From a bacterium (GTDB taxonomy: Bacteria > UBA8248): DNA of 64,000 nucleotides. The stretch spans positions 832,001-896,000 of the forward strand of contig CBDBZU010000004.1 in NCBI GenBank assembly GCA_965213625.1, read 5' to 3'. The notes beneath the pieces are model-generated. The model worked only from the letters and a program-made list of their open reading frames with translations. It made no database searches and was not told where the DNA came from. Position 1 is the first letter of the stretch. Each line of letters begins with the position of its first letter. Positions 9,383 to 20,262 of this stretch are shown one piece after another. The position numbers were made by a program, and so were the translations under genes.

Positions 9383-10372
9383 ATGAAAATCACGAAAATG
9401 CTACCGGCAGGACTCGCGCTTGCGCTCGCACTCGTTTTCCTCGCGAGCGTGTCGCCTGCCGACGCCGCCAGAAAGTTTCCGTGGAAGCCCATCCGCGTCA
9501 TCGTGGCCCTGGGCGCGGGCGGGTCGCACGACATGAACTCCCGCGCCGTGGCGAGCGTCGCCAACGACTACTTCGGCCAGCCGATGATCGTGCAGCTCAT
9601 GCCGGGCGGCGGCGGAAAAATCGGGATGACGGCGCTCAAGCGGGCGAAGCCCGACGGCCACACCATCATGCTGGCTTCCGCATCCCACCTCACCATCGGC
9701 CCGCACGTGCGCAACATGGGCTACCACCCGCTCAAGGACTTCGTGCCCATTTTCATGATCAACAAGGCGGACTACATGATGGTCTCTCCGGCCTCGAAGC
9801 CCTGGAAGAATTTTAAGGAATTCGCCGCGGCGGCCAAGAAGAACCCCGGAAAGGTGAGTTACGGCTCCTCGGGCGTTTACGGGACGGGGCATCTGATGAT
9901 CCTCAAGATTATGGCCGACACGGGCATCAAGCTGAACCACATTCCCTTCAAGGGCGGCGGCCCCGCCTTCCGCGCCATGCTCGGCGGCCACGTGGACAGC
10001 GCGGGCGCGCTTCCCGCCACTGGCGGCACGCTGGGACGCTACAAGCGCGGGCAGTTGAACATCCTGGGCGTCTGCTCGGAGAAGCGGGTGCCGCTGTTCC
10101 CCAAGGTTCCGACCATGAAGGAAAACGGGGTGGACTTCATACTGGCTTCGAAGCGCTTCTACATTGGGCCCAAGGGTCTCCCGCAGGATCGCGTCGACTT
10201 CCTCGTGGAGGGCTTCAAGAAGCTGCTGAAGAACAAGTCCTACCGCAGGCTCATCAGCAAAATGGGCGAAGTGCCCACGCCGCTCTACGGCGAGGCGCTC
10301 AAAAAAGACCTCGCGGATGAATATAATCGTTTCGGGAAGATTTTCGCCAGCATCGGCGTGAAGAAGAAATAG
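9383..10372 (+). CDS. tctC: Tripartite tricarboxylate transporter substrate-binding protein (Bug/TctC)
   Basis: Signal peptide, FPWKPIRVIV..GAGGSHD, PGGGGKIG, AKPDGHT, HIPFKGGG. AGGAG RBS. Confidence 0.93.
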   Translation: MKITKMLPAGLALALALVFLASVSPADAARKFPWKPIRVIVALGAGGSHDMNSRAVASVANDYFGQPMIVQLMPGGGGKIGMTALKRAKPDGHTIMLASASHLTIGPHVRNMGYHPLKDFVPIFMINKADYMMVSPASKPWKNFKEFAAAAKKNPGKVSYGSSGVYGTGHLMILKIMADTGIKLNHIPFKGGGPAFRAMLGGHVDSAGALPATGGTLGRYKRGQLNILGVCSEKRVPLFPKVPTMKENGVDFILASKRFYIGPKGLPQDRVDFLVEGFKKLLKNKSYRRLISKMGEVPTPLYGEALKKDLADEYNRFGKIFASIGVKKK

Positions 10373-10389
10373 GCCTCATCAAGAAAAAC

Positions 10390-10417
10390 CGCCGGGGCCT
10401 CGCGCGAGGCCCCGGCG
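10390..10417. terminator. GC-rich hairpin downstream of tctC
   Basis: CGCCGGGGCCTC-GCGC-GAGGCCCCGGCG inverted repeat, preceded by an A-run. Confidence 0.6.
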
Positions 10418-10491
10418 AACCTTCCCCCATCGGTCAGGTTCGACCTCCCTCATCCGGGCTGTTGAAAAACCCTCATCAGTCGGGTTTGGTC

Positions 10492-10521
10492 TGTAGGGGT
10501 CGCATATATGCGGCCCCTACA
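10492..10521. repeat. REP family C (GTAGGG...CCCTAC palindrome)
   Basis: TGTAGGGGTCGCAT-AT-ATGCGGCCCCTACA. Relatives at 16790-16861, 24291-24306 and 26411-26438. Confidence 0.75.
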
Positions 10522-10823
10522 CCAGGTTTACAACCAGAACGACGTGCGAGGTGAGGGCATGAAAGAGACGAAAAGGCAAAGTCAAAATGGATTACGTCGA
10601 ACCCTCATTCATCAATCGCGTTTGACCCGACCGAGGAGAGAGCAAGATTCACTCCCCCCTTGAGGGGGTCGGGCTTCCCGAGGGGAAAGCCCGACAGAAG
10701 CCGAGCGTTTTTTGCGAAGGCTGATGCGGTGGGGGGTGAATCGCGTTTTATCGCTACTCCGACTCATACCCCCCCACCGGCGCGACTTCGGGCTTCGCCC
10801 TCGTCTTGCCGACTCCCCCTCAA

Positions 10824-12345
10824 AGGGGCTGTTGAAAAAGCCCCGGCATTGTGATTGGGTGTAATGACACTATCTCGCCCGAGATGGGAGTTCCCTCGAT
10901 GATAGGCAGCAAGAGGCGCGAGCAGATGGATTTGTTCGTGGCCGGTTCGCTGGAACGGCTGATCCCCGAGGATCACGTCCTGATGCGCGTGGACCACGTA
11001 CTGGATTTGAGCTGGCTACGGGAGGAGGTGGCGGATTGCTATTGCGCGGATAACGGTCGTCCGGGGATCGACCCGGAGGTGGCGCTCCGCTTGATGCTGG
11101 CGGGTATGTTGCTGGGCTACGTTCACGACCGTCGCCTGCTTCGCGAGGCGCGTGCGCACCTGGCGATCCGGTGGTTCATCGGGTACGGGCTGCACGAGGA
11201 GTTGCCGCATCATTCGAGCCTGACGCGGATACGTCAGCGCTGGGGGGAGGCACGGTTCAAGGAGATATTCCGTCGCACGGTGCAGGCTTGCCTGGAGGCG
11301 AATGTGGCGAAGGGGGAAGTGGTGCACGTGGACGCCTCGTTGATACGCGCGGACGTGAGCTGGGAGAGCCTGGCGGCGCACCACGCGGAGAAGGTGATTC
11401 AGGAGAATCCCGTCGATGATGAGGTCGGGAAGAAGGGAGGAGGCCGCGGTGGCGGGGGTCCGGTGAGCCGGACGGACCCGGACGCGCGGCTTGCGCGCAA
11501 GAGCGCGCGGGCGGGGTTCGAGCCGAGCTACAAGCAGCACGCGGCGGTGGACGATGAGCGGGGTGTTGTTCTCGACGTGTCGGTGACGGAGGGGACGCGG
11601 AACGAGCGTGAGATGATGGCGTCCCATATAGAGGCGGTAAGCGAGTTGTCGGGCCGCACGCCGGAGATGGTGACGGCGGATTCGGGGTACGCGTACTCGA
11701 AGGTTTACGGCGAATTGGAGCGGCGGGGCGTGGAAGCGCTGATACCAGCGAAGAAGGAACCCAGCCAGAGCCGTGTTCCGCTGCAGTTGTTCCACTACGA
11801 CGCGCGCAACGAGGTGGTGAAGTGTCCGGGAGGCAAGACGCTGCGCCCCCGGCAGGCGACGGAGCGGGGGCGCTCCTATGTATCGAAGACGCGGGATTGC
11901 GCGGGCTGCGCGCTCAGGCCCGATTGTCTGTCGAAGTCGCGCACGAGCAGGACGGTGTTGATTCCGCACGCGTATCCGGCGCTGTTGCGCGCGCGTCGGC
12001 GGCATGCGCGCTGGGGGGAGGAGGAGAAGCGTCTCTATGGCCGCCACCGTTGGCGCTCGGAGGGCTACCACGGCGAGGCGAAGAGCCGGCACGGACTGGG
12101 GCGGGCGGTGCGCCGGGGCCTTGCGAACATGCGGATCCAGTCCTACCTGACGGCGATAGCGGTGAACCTCAAGCGGCTGGCCGCCGCTTTTGCGGCGCGT
12201 ATATTCGCCTTGTGGACGGCCTGTGCCGCCCGGAGACGCCGGCTGCGCGCACATGGCGCCCTCACGCGCCGATTGGGCTGCCTCCCCGCCGCCGCGTGAG
12301 CCGCCAAAACGCCCGCTTCCAACACCGGGTTTTTCAACAGACCCC
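10824..12345 (+). mobile_element. IS1182-family insertion sequence, copy 2 (complete, 1,522 bp, 4-bp TCAA target duplication)
   Basis: IRL AGGGGCTGTTGAAAAA and IRR TTTTTCAACAGACCCC. TCAA occurs at both 10820-10823 and 12346-12349. Confidence 0.95.
10851..12299 (+). CDS. IS1182-family DDE transposase (possible start at 10899)
   Basis: IPEDH..GRPGIDP, PHHSSLT, VDASLIRAD, SRTDPDA, ADSGY, C-x2-C-x4-C, R-x2-SE..GEAK..HGL, NLKRL. Confidence 0.95.
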   Translation: MIGCNDTISPEMGVPSMIGSKRREQMDLFVAGSLERLIPEDHVLMRVDHVLDLSWLREEVADCYCADNGRPGIDPEVALRLMLAGMLLGYVHDRRLLREARAHLAIRWFIGYGLHEELPHHSSLTRIRQRWGEARFKEIFRRTVQACLEANVAKGEVVHVDASLIRADVSWESLAAHHAEKVIQENPVDDEVGKKGGGRGGGGPVSRTDPDARLARKSARAGFEPSYKQHAAVDDERGVVLDVSVTEGTRNEREMMASHIEAVSELSGRTPEMVTADSGYAYSKVYGELERRGVEALIPAKKEPSQSRVPLQLFHYDARNEVVKCPGGKTLRPRQATERGRSYVSKTRDCAGCALRPDCLSKSRTSRTVLIPHAYPALLRARRRHARWGEEEKRLYGRHRWRSEGYHGEAKSRHGLGRAVRRGLANMRIQSYLTAIAVNLKRLAAAFAARIFALWTACAARRRRLRAHGALTRRLGCLPAAA

Positions 12346-12461
12346 TCAAGGGGGGAGTGATTTTCCTCTTTCGTTGATTGTGCCTTACCCTCAAGGGGCT
12401 GTTAAAAAACCCGGTTCTGGCAGCGAGCGCGTACCCCTCGTCATTTATGGCTACCGAAACG

Positions 12462-12605
12462 ACCTCACGCTGAGTAGCCGCCGTAGGCGGCGTATCGAAG
12501 GGCGAGGGGAGTCGAACGTCTCGCGCCGGGGCAAGAGGCAATTCCTCCTTCATTAGTCGGAATTGACCTTCGATACGTGGCTTCGCCGCTACTCAGGATG
12601 AGGGT
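12462..12605. repeat. REP doublet, family D (CTCAyvCTGAGTAG..CGTATCGAAGG / CCTTCGATACG..CTACTCAGGrTGAG)
   Basis: Long inverted arms. Second copy at 26145-26279. Confidence 0.75.
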
Positions 12606-12670
12606 TCGGAGCGCTTACTCGCGATGAGGGAAGTTCCAAGCTGCACAGGGCGAGGAAGGCGGTTGCGCCC

Positions 12671-13402
12671 TCAAGGCGAATCGACCGGTGGCCAGATGCG
12701 CTTCCCGGTGCTCGGCGAGCCGGGCGCGTGAACGAGGCTGCCCACCATCTCGCGCGACCAGTCCTCGCTCTCGAGTTCTTTCTGGAAATAATGCTCGACG
12801 GAAGTGTTCAGGTCGAACTCATAGAGCACGGCGTGCTTGGCCCACCCGCAGACAGAAACGAGCTTGCGCATTCCCACGCATCCATCGAGCGTCCGCATGC
12901 GCGGAAAGCGAAGCTGCACGTACCACGCACCCATGCCCTCTTCGTTCTCGAGCGCGTTGCTGTTGAAGCTGCCCATCTGGACCCTGGGCCCCGGCGTGAT
13001 GCCCGGTGCGCGCTGCGCGATCTCGGGACCGTCGATGCGGCCCGTCTCCACGAAGACGCATTCACGCACGCCTTCGCGCATCCCCAGCATCTCTCGCTCA
13101 TCCGGCCCCCATTTTTCGGCCAACTGAGCCGGAGAAGGATTCAGGAAGGTATGGACGCTCTCCGCGCCGAAAAGCATGAGATATCCGTTGCCGGTCGGCA
13201 CGGAAGGGTCGTCCGTATGCGTGAGGCGCCTGTTCACGTTTTCTCTGCGCTCCTCGCTCTTGTCGTTGTCCACGTGCGCCGCCCAGAGGTAGCCTGAGCG
13301 CTCCAGCATCTCGGGGAGATGCACCTCGTGCAGCCATTCGATGTATTCGTTCGCCCCATCGGCGGGCAGGTCGTACCATGTCGCCCAAATCGCCCTGTCC
13401 AT
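12671..13402 (-). CDS. Hypothetical protein with two EthD/DUF4286-like alpha+beta barrel repeats
   Basis: EWLHEVHLPEML..GY and AWYVQLRFPRM..DGC..AVLYEF half-repeats. AGGAG RBS. Confidence 0.65.
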   Translation of the reverse strand: MDRAIWATWYDLPADGANEYIEWLHEVHLPEMLERSGYLWAAHVDNDKSEERRENVNRRLTHTDDPSVPTGNGYLMLFGAESVHTFLNPSPAQLAEKWGPDEREMLGMREGVRECVFVETGRIDGPEIAQRAPGITPGPRVQMGSFNSNALENEEGMGAWYVQLRFPRMRTLDGCVGMRKLVSVCGWAKHAVLYEFDLNTSVEHYFQKELESEDWSREMVGSLVHAPGSPSTGKRIWPPVDSP

Positions 13403-13439
13403 CAAATTTCTCCTTGCGCCTCATGTCCCAAATAATGAA

Positions 13440-15002
<1,563 letters not shown>

Positions 15003-15096
15003 CTTTACTCCTCCCGGTCTCCAAAATGATGAAGAGGAAGGGTATCATATAAACGAGGATTTGGTGTTGATAAACTCATCGATAAAAGATCATGAT

Positions 15097-16260
15097 ATGA
15101 AACCGCTATCGCTCTACGTCCATATTCCCTTCTGCATCGCCAAGTGCGGGTATTGCGATTTCAACTCCTACGCCCTGGACACTTTGCTGGAAAAAGGCCA
15201 TGCCGCCGAGGGCTGGGCGCGCCGCTACGCGGATGCACTGATGGAGGAAACCAGAAGCCGCCTTGATGAATTCTCTTTGAAAGGCCGGGAGGTCGACACG
15301 ATATTCTTCGGCGGAGGCACGCCCTCGCTCTTTCCGGCGGAAGAGACGAGGCGAGTCCTGGACTTCATCGCCGCATCGTTCGACCTTGCGACGGATTGTG
15401 AGATCACGCTCGAGGCAAACCCGGGGGCGGCGGAGGCCGAGCGCTTCGCCGCGCTGCGCGAGGCGGGCATCAACCGCATCAGCATCGGCGTCCAGACGTT
15501 CGACGATGAAGCGCTGGGGAGGCTCGACCGGGTCCACACGGGCAATGACGCGCAAACCGCCTTTCGCTCCGCGCGCGAGGCGGGCTTCACCAACGTCTCG
15601 CTCGACCTGATGTTCGGCATCCCGTATCAGACGATAGATATGGCCGTGCGCGACATCGAGTGCGCTCTCGAGCTGGGGCCCGAGCACCTCTCCGCCTATG
15701 AGCTGACCATCGAGCCGGGCACGGCGTTTCATGCGCGACAGGCGCGGGGGGAACTAGGCGGCCTCCCCGATGAGGAGACGGCGCTTCGCATGTGGGAACT
15801 CAGGGATTCCGCTCTCAATTACGCAGGCTATGAGCGTTATGAGATCAGCAACTTCGCAAGGCCCGGCTTCGCGTGCAGGCACAACCTGAACTACTGGCGG
15901 CGGGGGGATTATCTCGGTTTGGGCGCGGGCGCGCATTCCCTCATTGAGGGGGAGCGCTTGTGGAACCACGCCAGGCCGGACGTATATACGAAGAACGCAA
16001 GCGACCCCGCAGTCGGCAAAGAGCGCGTGGATGAGCCCGAAAAAGCGCTCGGCGAGGCGTTGATGCTCGGCCTGCGGGTGAAGGAGGGCGTCTCGCTTGC
16101 GCGAATCGCACGAGAATGCGGCGCGGACCCAGAAGATTCGTTCGGGGCGTTGTTTGAAGAACTGGAGACTTCCGGTCTGGTGGCGAGAGAGAACGGCCAG
16201 CTTCGGCTTTCGGATAAGGGAACCCTTCTCGCCAATCAGGTGCTGGCGAAATTCTTATAA
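15097..16260 (+). CDS. hemW: Radical SAM haem chaperone
   Basis: LYVHIPFCIAKCGYCDFNS, FGGGTPS, YEISNFA, HNLNYW. Confidence 0.93.
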   Translation: MKPLSLYVHIPFCIAKCGYCDFNSYALDTLLEKGHAAEGWARRYADALMEETRSRLDEFSLKGREVDTIFFGGGTPSLFPAEETRRVLDFIAASFDLATDCEITLEANPGAAEAERFAALREAGINRISIGVQTFDDEALGRLDRVHTGNDAQTAFRSAREAGFTNVSLDLMFGIPYQTIDMAVRDIECALELGPEHLSAYELTIEPGTAFHARQARGELGGLPDEETALRMWELRDSALNYAGYERYEISNFARPGFACRHNLNYWRRGDYLGLGAGAHSLIEGERLWNHARPDVYTKNASDPAVGKERVDEPEKALGEALMLGLRVKEGVSLARIARECGADPEDSFGALFEELETSGLVARENGQLRLSDKGTLLANQVLAKFL

Positions 16261-16272
16261 AGGAGAACACGC

Positions 16273-16692
16273 ATGCCTCCCGTAGCGGTCATCGAAAAAA
16301 TACGCGCACAGGCCCAAGAGGTGTTCAGCTTCATCGGTCATGTGGAAACGCACCCGCAAATCGCGGATTTCAGCCAGAGCGTCAAAATTATCTCAGAGCA
16401 AAAAAGCGGGGTGGGTATGCGATTTCACCAGGTCTACACGAGCGGGGTGGAGCACGTCTCTGAGATCGTCACCTGGGAGCCGGGCCGGAAAATCGTCTGG
16501 CACAACTTCGAGGGCGACTCGACAACGCCCGTCATGATCATCAGCTACTACTTCGAGGAAGAAGGCCCCTTCACGCACATTCTCCACACAGTCGAGTGCG
16601 ACGAGTACGAGAACCAGGCCAAGCACCGCGACGGCACGCTCAGGAACATCCGTGAACTGGCGAATTTGAAGCGGATTCTGGAGGGGGAGTAG
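16273..16692 (+). CDS. SRPBCC/polyketide-cyclase-like protein
   Basis: I.A..QEVFSFI, GVGMRF, EIVTWEPGRKI, C-terminal LANLKRILEG helix. AGGAG RBS. Confidence 0.75.
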   Translation: MPPVAVIEKIRAQAQEVFSFIGHVETHPQIADFSQSVKIISEQKSGVGMRFHQVYTSGVEHVSEIVTWEPGRKIVWHNFEGDSTTPVMIISYYFEEEGPFTHILHTVECDEYENQAKHRDGTLRNIRELANLKRILEGE

Positions 16693-16789
16693 GGGGGAGA
16701 CTGAATGCGTGGGATTTTTTAGCTCGTCATCGGCTTCCTCGAAGGAGAGGCCCGACCTTCAAGATATGTAAACACCTGCCTACCTGTCT

Positions 16790-16861
16790 TGCAGGGGTCG
16801 CATACATGCGACCCGCAATATGTCGGCGAAAAAGCAGGGACGCATATATGCGTCCCCTACA
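16790..16861. repeat. Two tandem REP family C palindromes
   Basis: GCAGGGGTCGCATACATGCGACCCGCA and GCAGGGACGCATATATGCGTCCCCTACA, between convergent genes. Confidence 0.7.
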
Positions 16862-16920
16862 CTCTCTGGTCTCTACCGTGATGAGGGTGTCAATCGCTCC
16901 TTCATCAATCGCGATTGACA

Positions 16921-18696
16921 TCACAAAACCTCCTCCCACTCCGCGCTGAGCCGCTTCCCGACATCCGGGTCGACGAGGACCGTCTCGTGCTCCCCTATCA
17001 GCACCTGGCCGGGGCGCCGCCCCTTGGGCTTCCTCAAGCGCGAGAAGGGGAGGTAGGCGACGGTGAGCCTGGAATCCGTCCGGCCACGGCTGAAATAGGC
17101 AGCGAACGCCGCCGCCTGGGCGAGCGTTTCCGGGTCCGGCTCCACGGGCGGCCCATCGCCCATGCGGCGCAAGAGCACGTGGCTGCCCGGAACCCCGCGC
17201 GCGTGAAACCAGGTATCGCTCGCCCGGCCCACGCTCTTAAGTATCTCGTCGTTGCCCATCGCGTTCTTGCCGACGATTACCTCCCAACCCGCAGGAGAGA
17301 CGAACCGCCGGTGGGGCCTGGCGCGCGCCGCCGACCTGCCCTTCGGGCGCGGGTCTTTCTTCCGCCTCCCACCTCCGCGCCCCGCGTGGGCCGACCGCGC
17401 TAACGCTTCTTCCACGCTTGCAACATCCTCGACCGCATCCGCCGTTTCCAGATCGAACGCCAGCGCGCCGATGAACTTCTCTTCTTCCTCCATCTCCTGG
17501 AGACGCACCAGCCCGGTCGAGGCGCGGCGTTTGAGCTTCTTGTAGCGGCGGAAATACCTCTGCGCGTTCTCCGAGGGCGTGAACCTGGGGTCGAGCGCGA
17601 TTTCGATGTGCCCATCTTCCGCAGGAACGGAAACGACGCTCGCCTTCTCCTCCACCGCGTCCAGATGCGCGAGCAGAAGCTCGCCTTTTCTCAATACCGC
17701 ATCCGCCTCTTCGGCGGAGGCCAGATCCCTGCGCACTCCCTCAATGGAGGCGCGCACCCTATCCCCCGCGCGGCGGAGCATTCTGGCAACCACTTTTTTC
17801 CGCTCATCAAGCCGGAATTCTTTCGTGGACCGCCCATAAAACGCATCCGCCGCCTCGTTCATGGAGTCGAACGGGCGGTACTTGGCCGCATCGCCGCTCG
17901 CGATTTTCGCCGCGCTCAATCCCACGGGCTCACCGCTTTCTCCCAGAACCCAAGCGGGGGAGAATTCCTTTTTCCGGTAGCTCTCGACCGCCCCCATCAA
18001 CGCATCCGCAGCACCCGCCCAGCCACCTTCGGCATTTGAGGCGCTCGTTATCTCACGAGCGAGAGCTGGACTCACGCCCGCGACCGAGCGAACCAGCCAT
18101 TTTGAGAACTCCTTCTGATCGGCGGAGTCTATATCCTCCTCGCGAATCATCTCCAAGAGCGCTTCTTTCGTGAGCGCGCCCGGATTCTGCTTTTTCTGCT
18201 CGGGCGGCAGCTGATACCTCCCCCCCCTCTCGAGCGGTCGCGGGGTGTGGGGGCCGGGGGGCACGAATCTCTTGGCCTCCAGAATCTCGCCCGTCGCGCC
18301 TTGCAAGAGCACGAGGTTGCTCCAGCGGCCCATCACCTCCGCCATGAGCGCGAAGGAATCGCTATGTCCCGAGCCGCCGCCCCGCTCGAAGGAGAACTGG
18401 AGCACGCGCTCCCACTCTCCCGCCGCCACGCGGGTGAGGCGATGGCCGCTCAAGTGTTTTCTGAGCGCGCGGCAAAAGGTGGGCGCCTCGGGCAGGCTCG
18501 GAGGCGGGTCCGCCGTCAGGTGAACGCGCGGGTGCGCTGGATCCGTGCTTATCAGGAGGGCGCGTTTTTCTCTTCTCGCGCCCGAGATATAGAGGACGAT
18601 CGTGTGCGCGTCGGTCTGGGAGATTCTCTCCAGGCGCGCGCCCAGAAGGCTCCCGGTCAACTCCGCCGCAATCGCCTGAAGCACGAAAGTATCCAT
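16921..18696 (-). CDS. rqcH: NFACT/FbpA-family ribosome quality-control protein
   Basis: FCRALRKHL, EVMGRWSNLVL, ENAQRYFRRYKK, VGKNAMGND, WFHARGVPGSHV. Confidence 0.92.
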   Translation of the reverse strand: MDTFVLQAIAAELTGSLLGARLERISQTDAHTIVLYISGARREKRALLISTDPAHPRVHLTADPPPSLPEAPTFCRALRKHLSGHRLTRVAAGEWERVLQFSFERGGGSGHSDSFALMAEVMGRWSNLVLLQGATGEILEAKRFVPPGPHTPRPLERGGRYQLPPEQKKQNPGALTKEALLEMIREEDIDSADQKEFSKWLVRSVAGVSPALAREITSASNAEGGWAGAADALMGAVESYRKKEFSPAWVLGESGEPVGLSAAKIASGDAAKYRPFDSMNEAADAFYGRSTKEFRLDERKKVVARMLRRAGDRVRASIEGVRRDLASAEEADAVLRKGELLLAHLDAVEEKASVVSVPAEDGHIEIALDPRFTPSENAQRYFRRYKKLKRRASTGLVRLQEMEEEEKFIGALAFDLETADAVEDVASVEEALARSAHAGRGGGRRKKDPRPKGRSAARARPHRRFVSPAGWEVIVGKNAMGNDEILKSVGRASDTWFHARGVPGSHVLLRRMGDGPPVEPDPETLAQAAAFAAYFSRGRTDSRLTVAYLPFSRLRKPKGRRPGQVLIGEHETVLVDPDVGKRLSAEWEEVL

Positions 18697-18737
18697 AATT
18701 CACCCCAAACCGAGAACATCTTTTCGAAGCGCGCAAA

Positions 18738-18766
18738 TTGACACGCCCCGAGCGGAAAATTATTGT
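18738..18766 (+). promoter_or_regulatory. sigma70-type promoter for yicC-gmk-coaBC-udg
   Basis: TTGACA-N17-TATTGT. Confidence 0.6.
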
Positions 18767-18811
18767 AGACTCTTTCCGGTGGGCTGTTAACAACGCATGA
18801 CGGAGCGGAGC

Positions 18812-19684
18812 ATGATAGACAGCATGACGGGTTACGGCGCGGGGGAGAGGCCGCTGGGCGAGGCCGCCATCAGCGTGGAGGCGCGCTCGGTGAACCACCG
18901 CTACCTGGAGGTCTCCTGCCGGGGGCCGCGCTGGTCGCTCGCCCTGGAGAATGAGGTGCGCGAGGCGGTGAAAAAGCGCTTCTCCCGGGGGCGATTCGAC
19001 ATCTATATCCGCTCGGGCGAGGAGGGGAACCACACATCCCCCATCGACGCCGAAGCCGCGAAATCCCTGCTCGCCACCCTGAAATCACTGAAAAGCGAAC
19101 TGGGAATCGCGGGCGAGATTGACCTTTCGATACTCACCGGCTTCAGAGATCTGCTCAAGAGCGCCGAGCCCGAACCCGAGAAGGACGAGATTCGGGCCGT
19201 GCTGATGGCATCGCTCGGCGACGCGCTGGGCGCCCTGGGCCTCATGCGCGAGAAAGAGGGCGGCGCGCTATCGAAAGACATCTGCGAGCATCTCGACACC
19301 GTGAAAAAGGGTTGCGGCGAGATACGCGAACGCCTGCCCGAGGCGCGCAAGCTGCTCACCGAACGGATGCGTGAGCGGATTCTCGAAATCGCAGACGGCG
19401 TCGAGATGGACGAAGGGCGCCTGGAGCAGGAGATGATTTATGCCGCCGAGCGAGGCGACATCAGCGAGGAACTCAGCCGTCTCGACAGCCACGTCGTCCA
19501 GTTTCGCGAGATGCTGGAGGGCGAAGGCCCCATCGGCCGGAAACTCGATTTCCTCACCCAGGAGATGAACCGCGAGGCCAACACGATCTCGTCCAAATCC
19601 ATCGACCTCATCCTCACCCAGAGCGCGGTCGAAGTAAAAAGCGCCATCGAGAAAATCCGCGAACAAGTACAGAACGTGGAATGA
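18812..19684 (+). CDS. yicC: YicC/YloC-family endoribonuclease
   Basis: SMTGYG, RSVNHRYLE, DISEELSRL, GRKLDFLTQEMNREANT, REQVQNVE. Confidence 0.95.
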   Translation: MIDSMTGYGAGERPLGEAAISVEARSVNHRYLEVSCRGPRWSLALENEVREAVKKRFSRGRFDIYIRSGEEGNHTSPIDAEAAKSLLATLKSLKSELGIAGEIDLSILTGFRDLLKSAEPEPEKDEIRAVLMASLGDALGALGLMREKEGGALSKDICEHLDTVKKGCGEIRERLPEARKLLTERMRERILEIADGVEMDEGRLEQEMIYAAERGDISEELSRLDSHVVQFREMLEGEGPIGRKLDFLTQEMNREANTISSKSIDLILTQSAVEVKSAIEKIREQVQNVE

Positions 19685-20262
19685 TGCAAAGCCGGGGCCA
19701 CCTCTTCGTTCTCTCAGCGCCCTCGGGAGCGGGCAAATCCACACTCATCGACCGCTCGTGCCGGGAACTCCCCAACATCTGGCACTCGATAAGCGCGACG
19801 ACGCGGCCGAGACGCGAGTACGAGGAGGACGGGGTTCATTATTTTTTCATGGAACGCCCGCGGTTCGACGAGATGATCGCCAGAAACGAGTTTCTCGAAT
19901 GGGCGCATGTTTTCGAGGAATGCTACGGAACGCCCGCCGAGGCGGTGGACGCGCGTCTGGCCGGGGGAGACGACGTGATCATGGACCTGGACGTCCAGGG
20001 CGCCCTGCAGGTCAAGCGGAGACGAGCCGAGGCGAGCCTCGTATTCGTCATGCCGCCCTCGCTGGACGAGCTGTCCACGCGTCTCGAACAACGGGCGACT
20101 GAAACCGGCGAGGACGCCGAACTCCGGCTCTCGAGAGCCGAAGAGGAAATGGCGCAAAGCCACCAGTTCGACCACGTCATCATCAACGACGACCTGGAGG
20201 TCGCTTTTCAGGAACTAAAAAAAATTATTCTGAACCATCGCGGGGAGGTCGATTCCCCGTGA
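19681..20262 (+). CDS. gmk: Guanylate kinase
   Basis: SAPSGAGKSTL, SATTRPRR, FLEWAHV..YGTP, DVQGA. Confidence 0.96.
   Translation: MMQSRGHLFVLSAPSGAGKSTLIDRSCRELPNIWHSISATTRPRREYEEDGVHYFFMERPRFDEMIARNEFLEWAHVFEECYGTPAEAVDARLAGGDDVIMDLDVQGALQVKRRRAEASLVFVMPPSLDELSTRLEQRATETGEDAELRLSRAEEEMAQSHQFDHVIINDDLEVAFQELKKIILNHRGEVDSP

Larger units (their letters stand above)
10649..12360. repeat. REP doublet, family A (TCACTCCCCCCTTGAGGGGG...CCCCCTCAAGGGGGGAGTGA), interrupted by IS copy 2
   Basis: Left arm at 10649-10670, inner GGTGGGGGGT/ACCCCCCCACC stem, right arm split by the IS at its TCAA loop. Confidence 0.8.
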
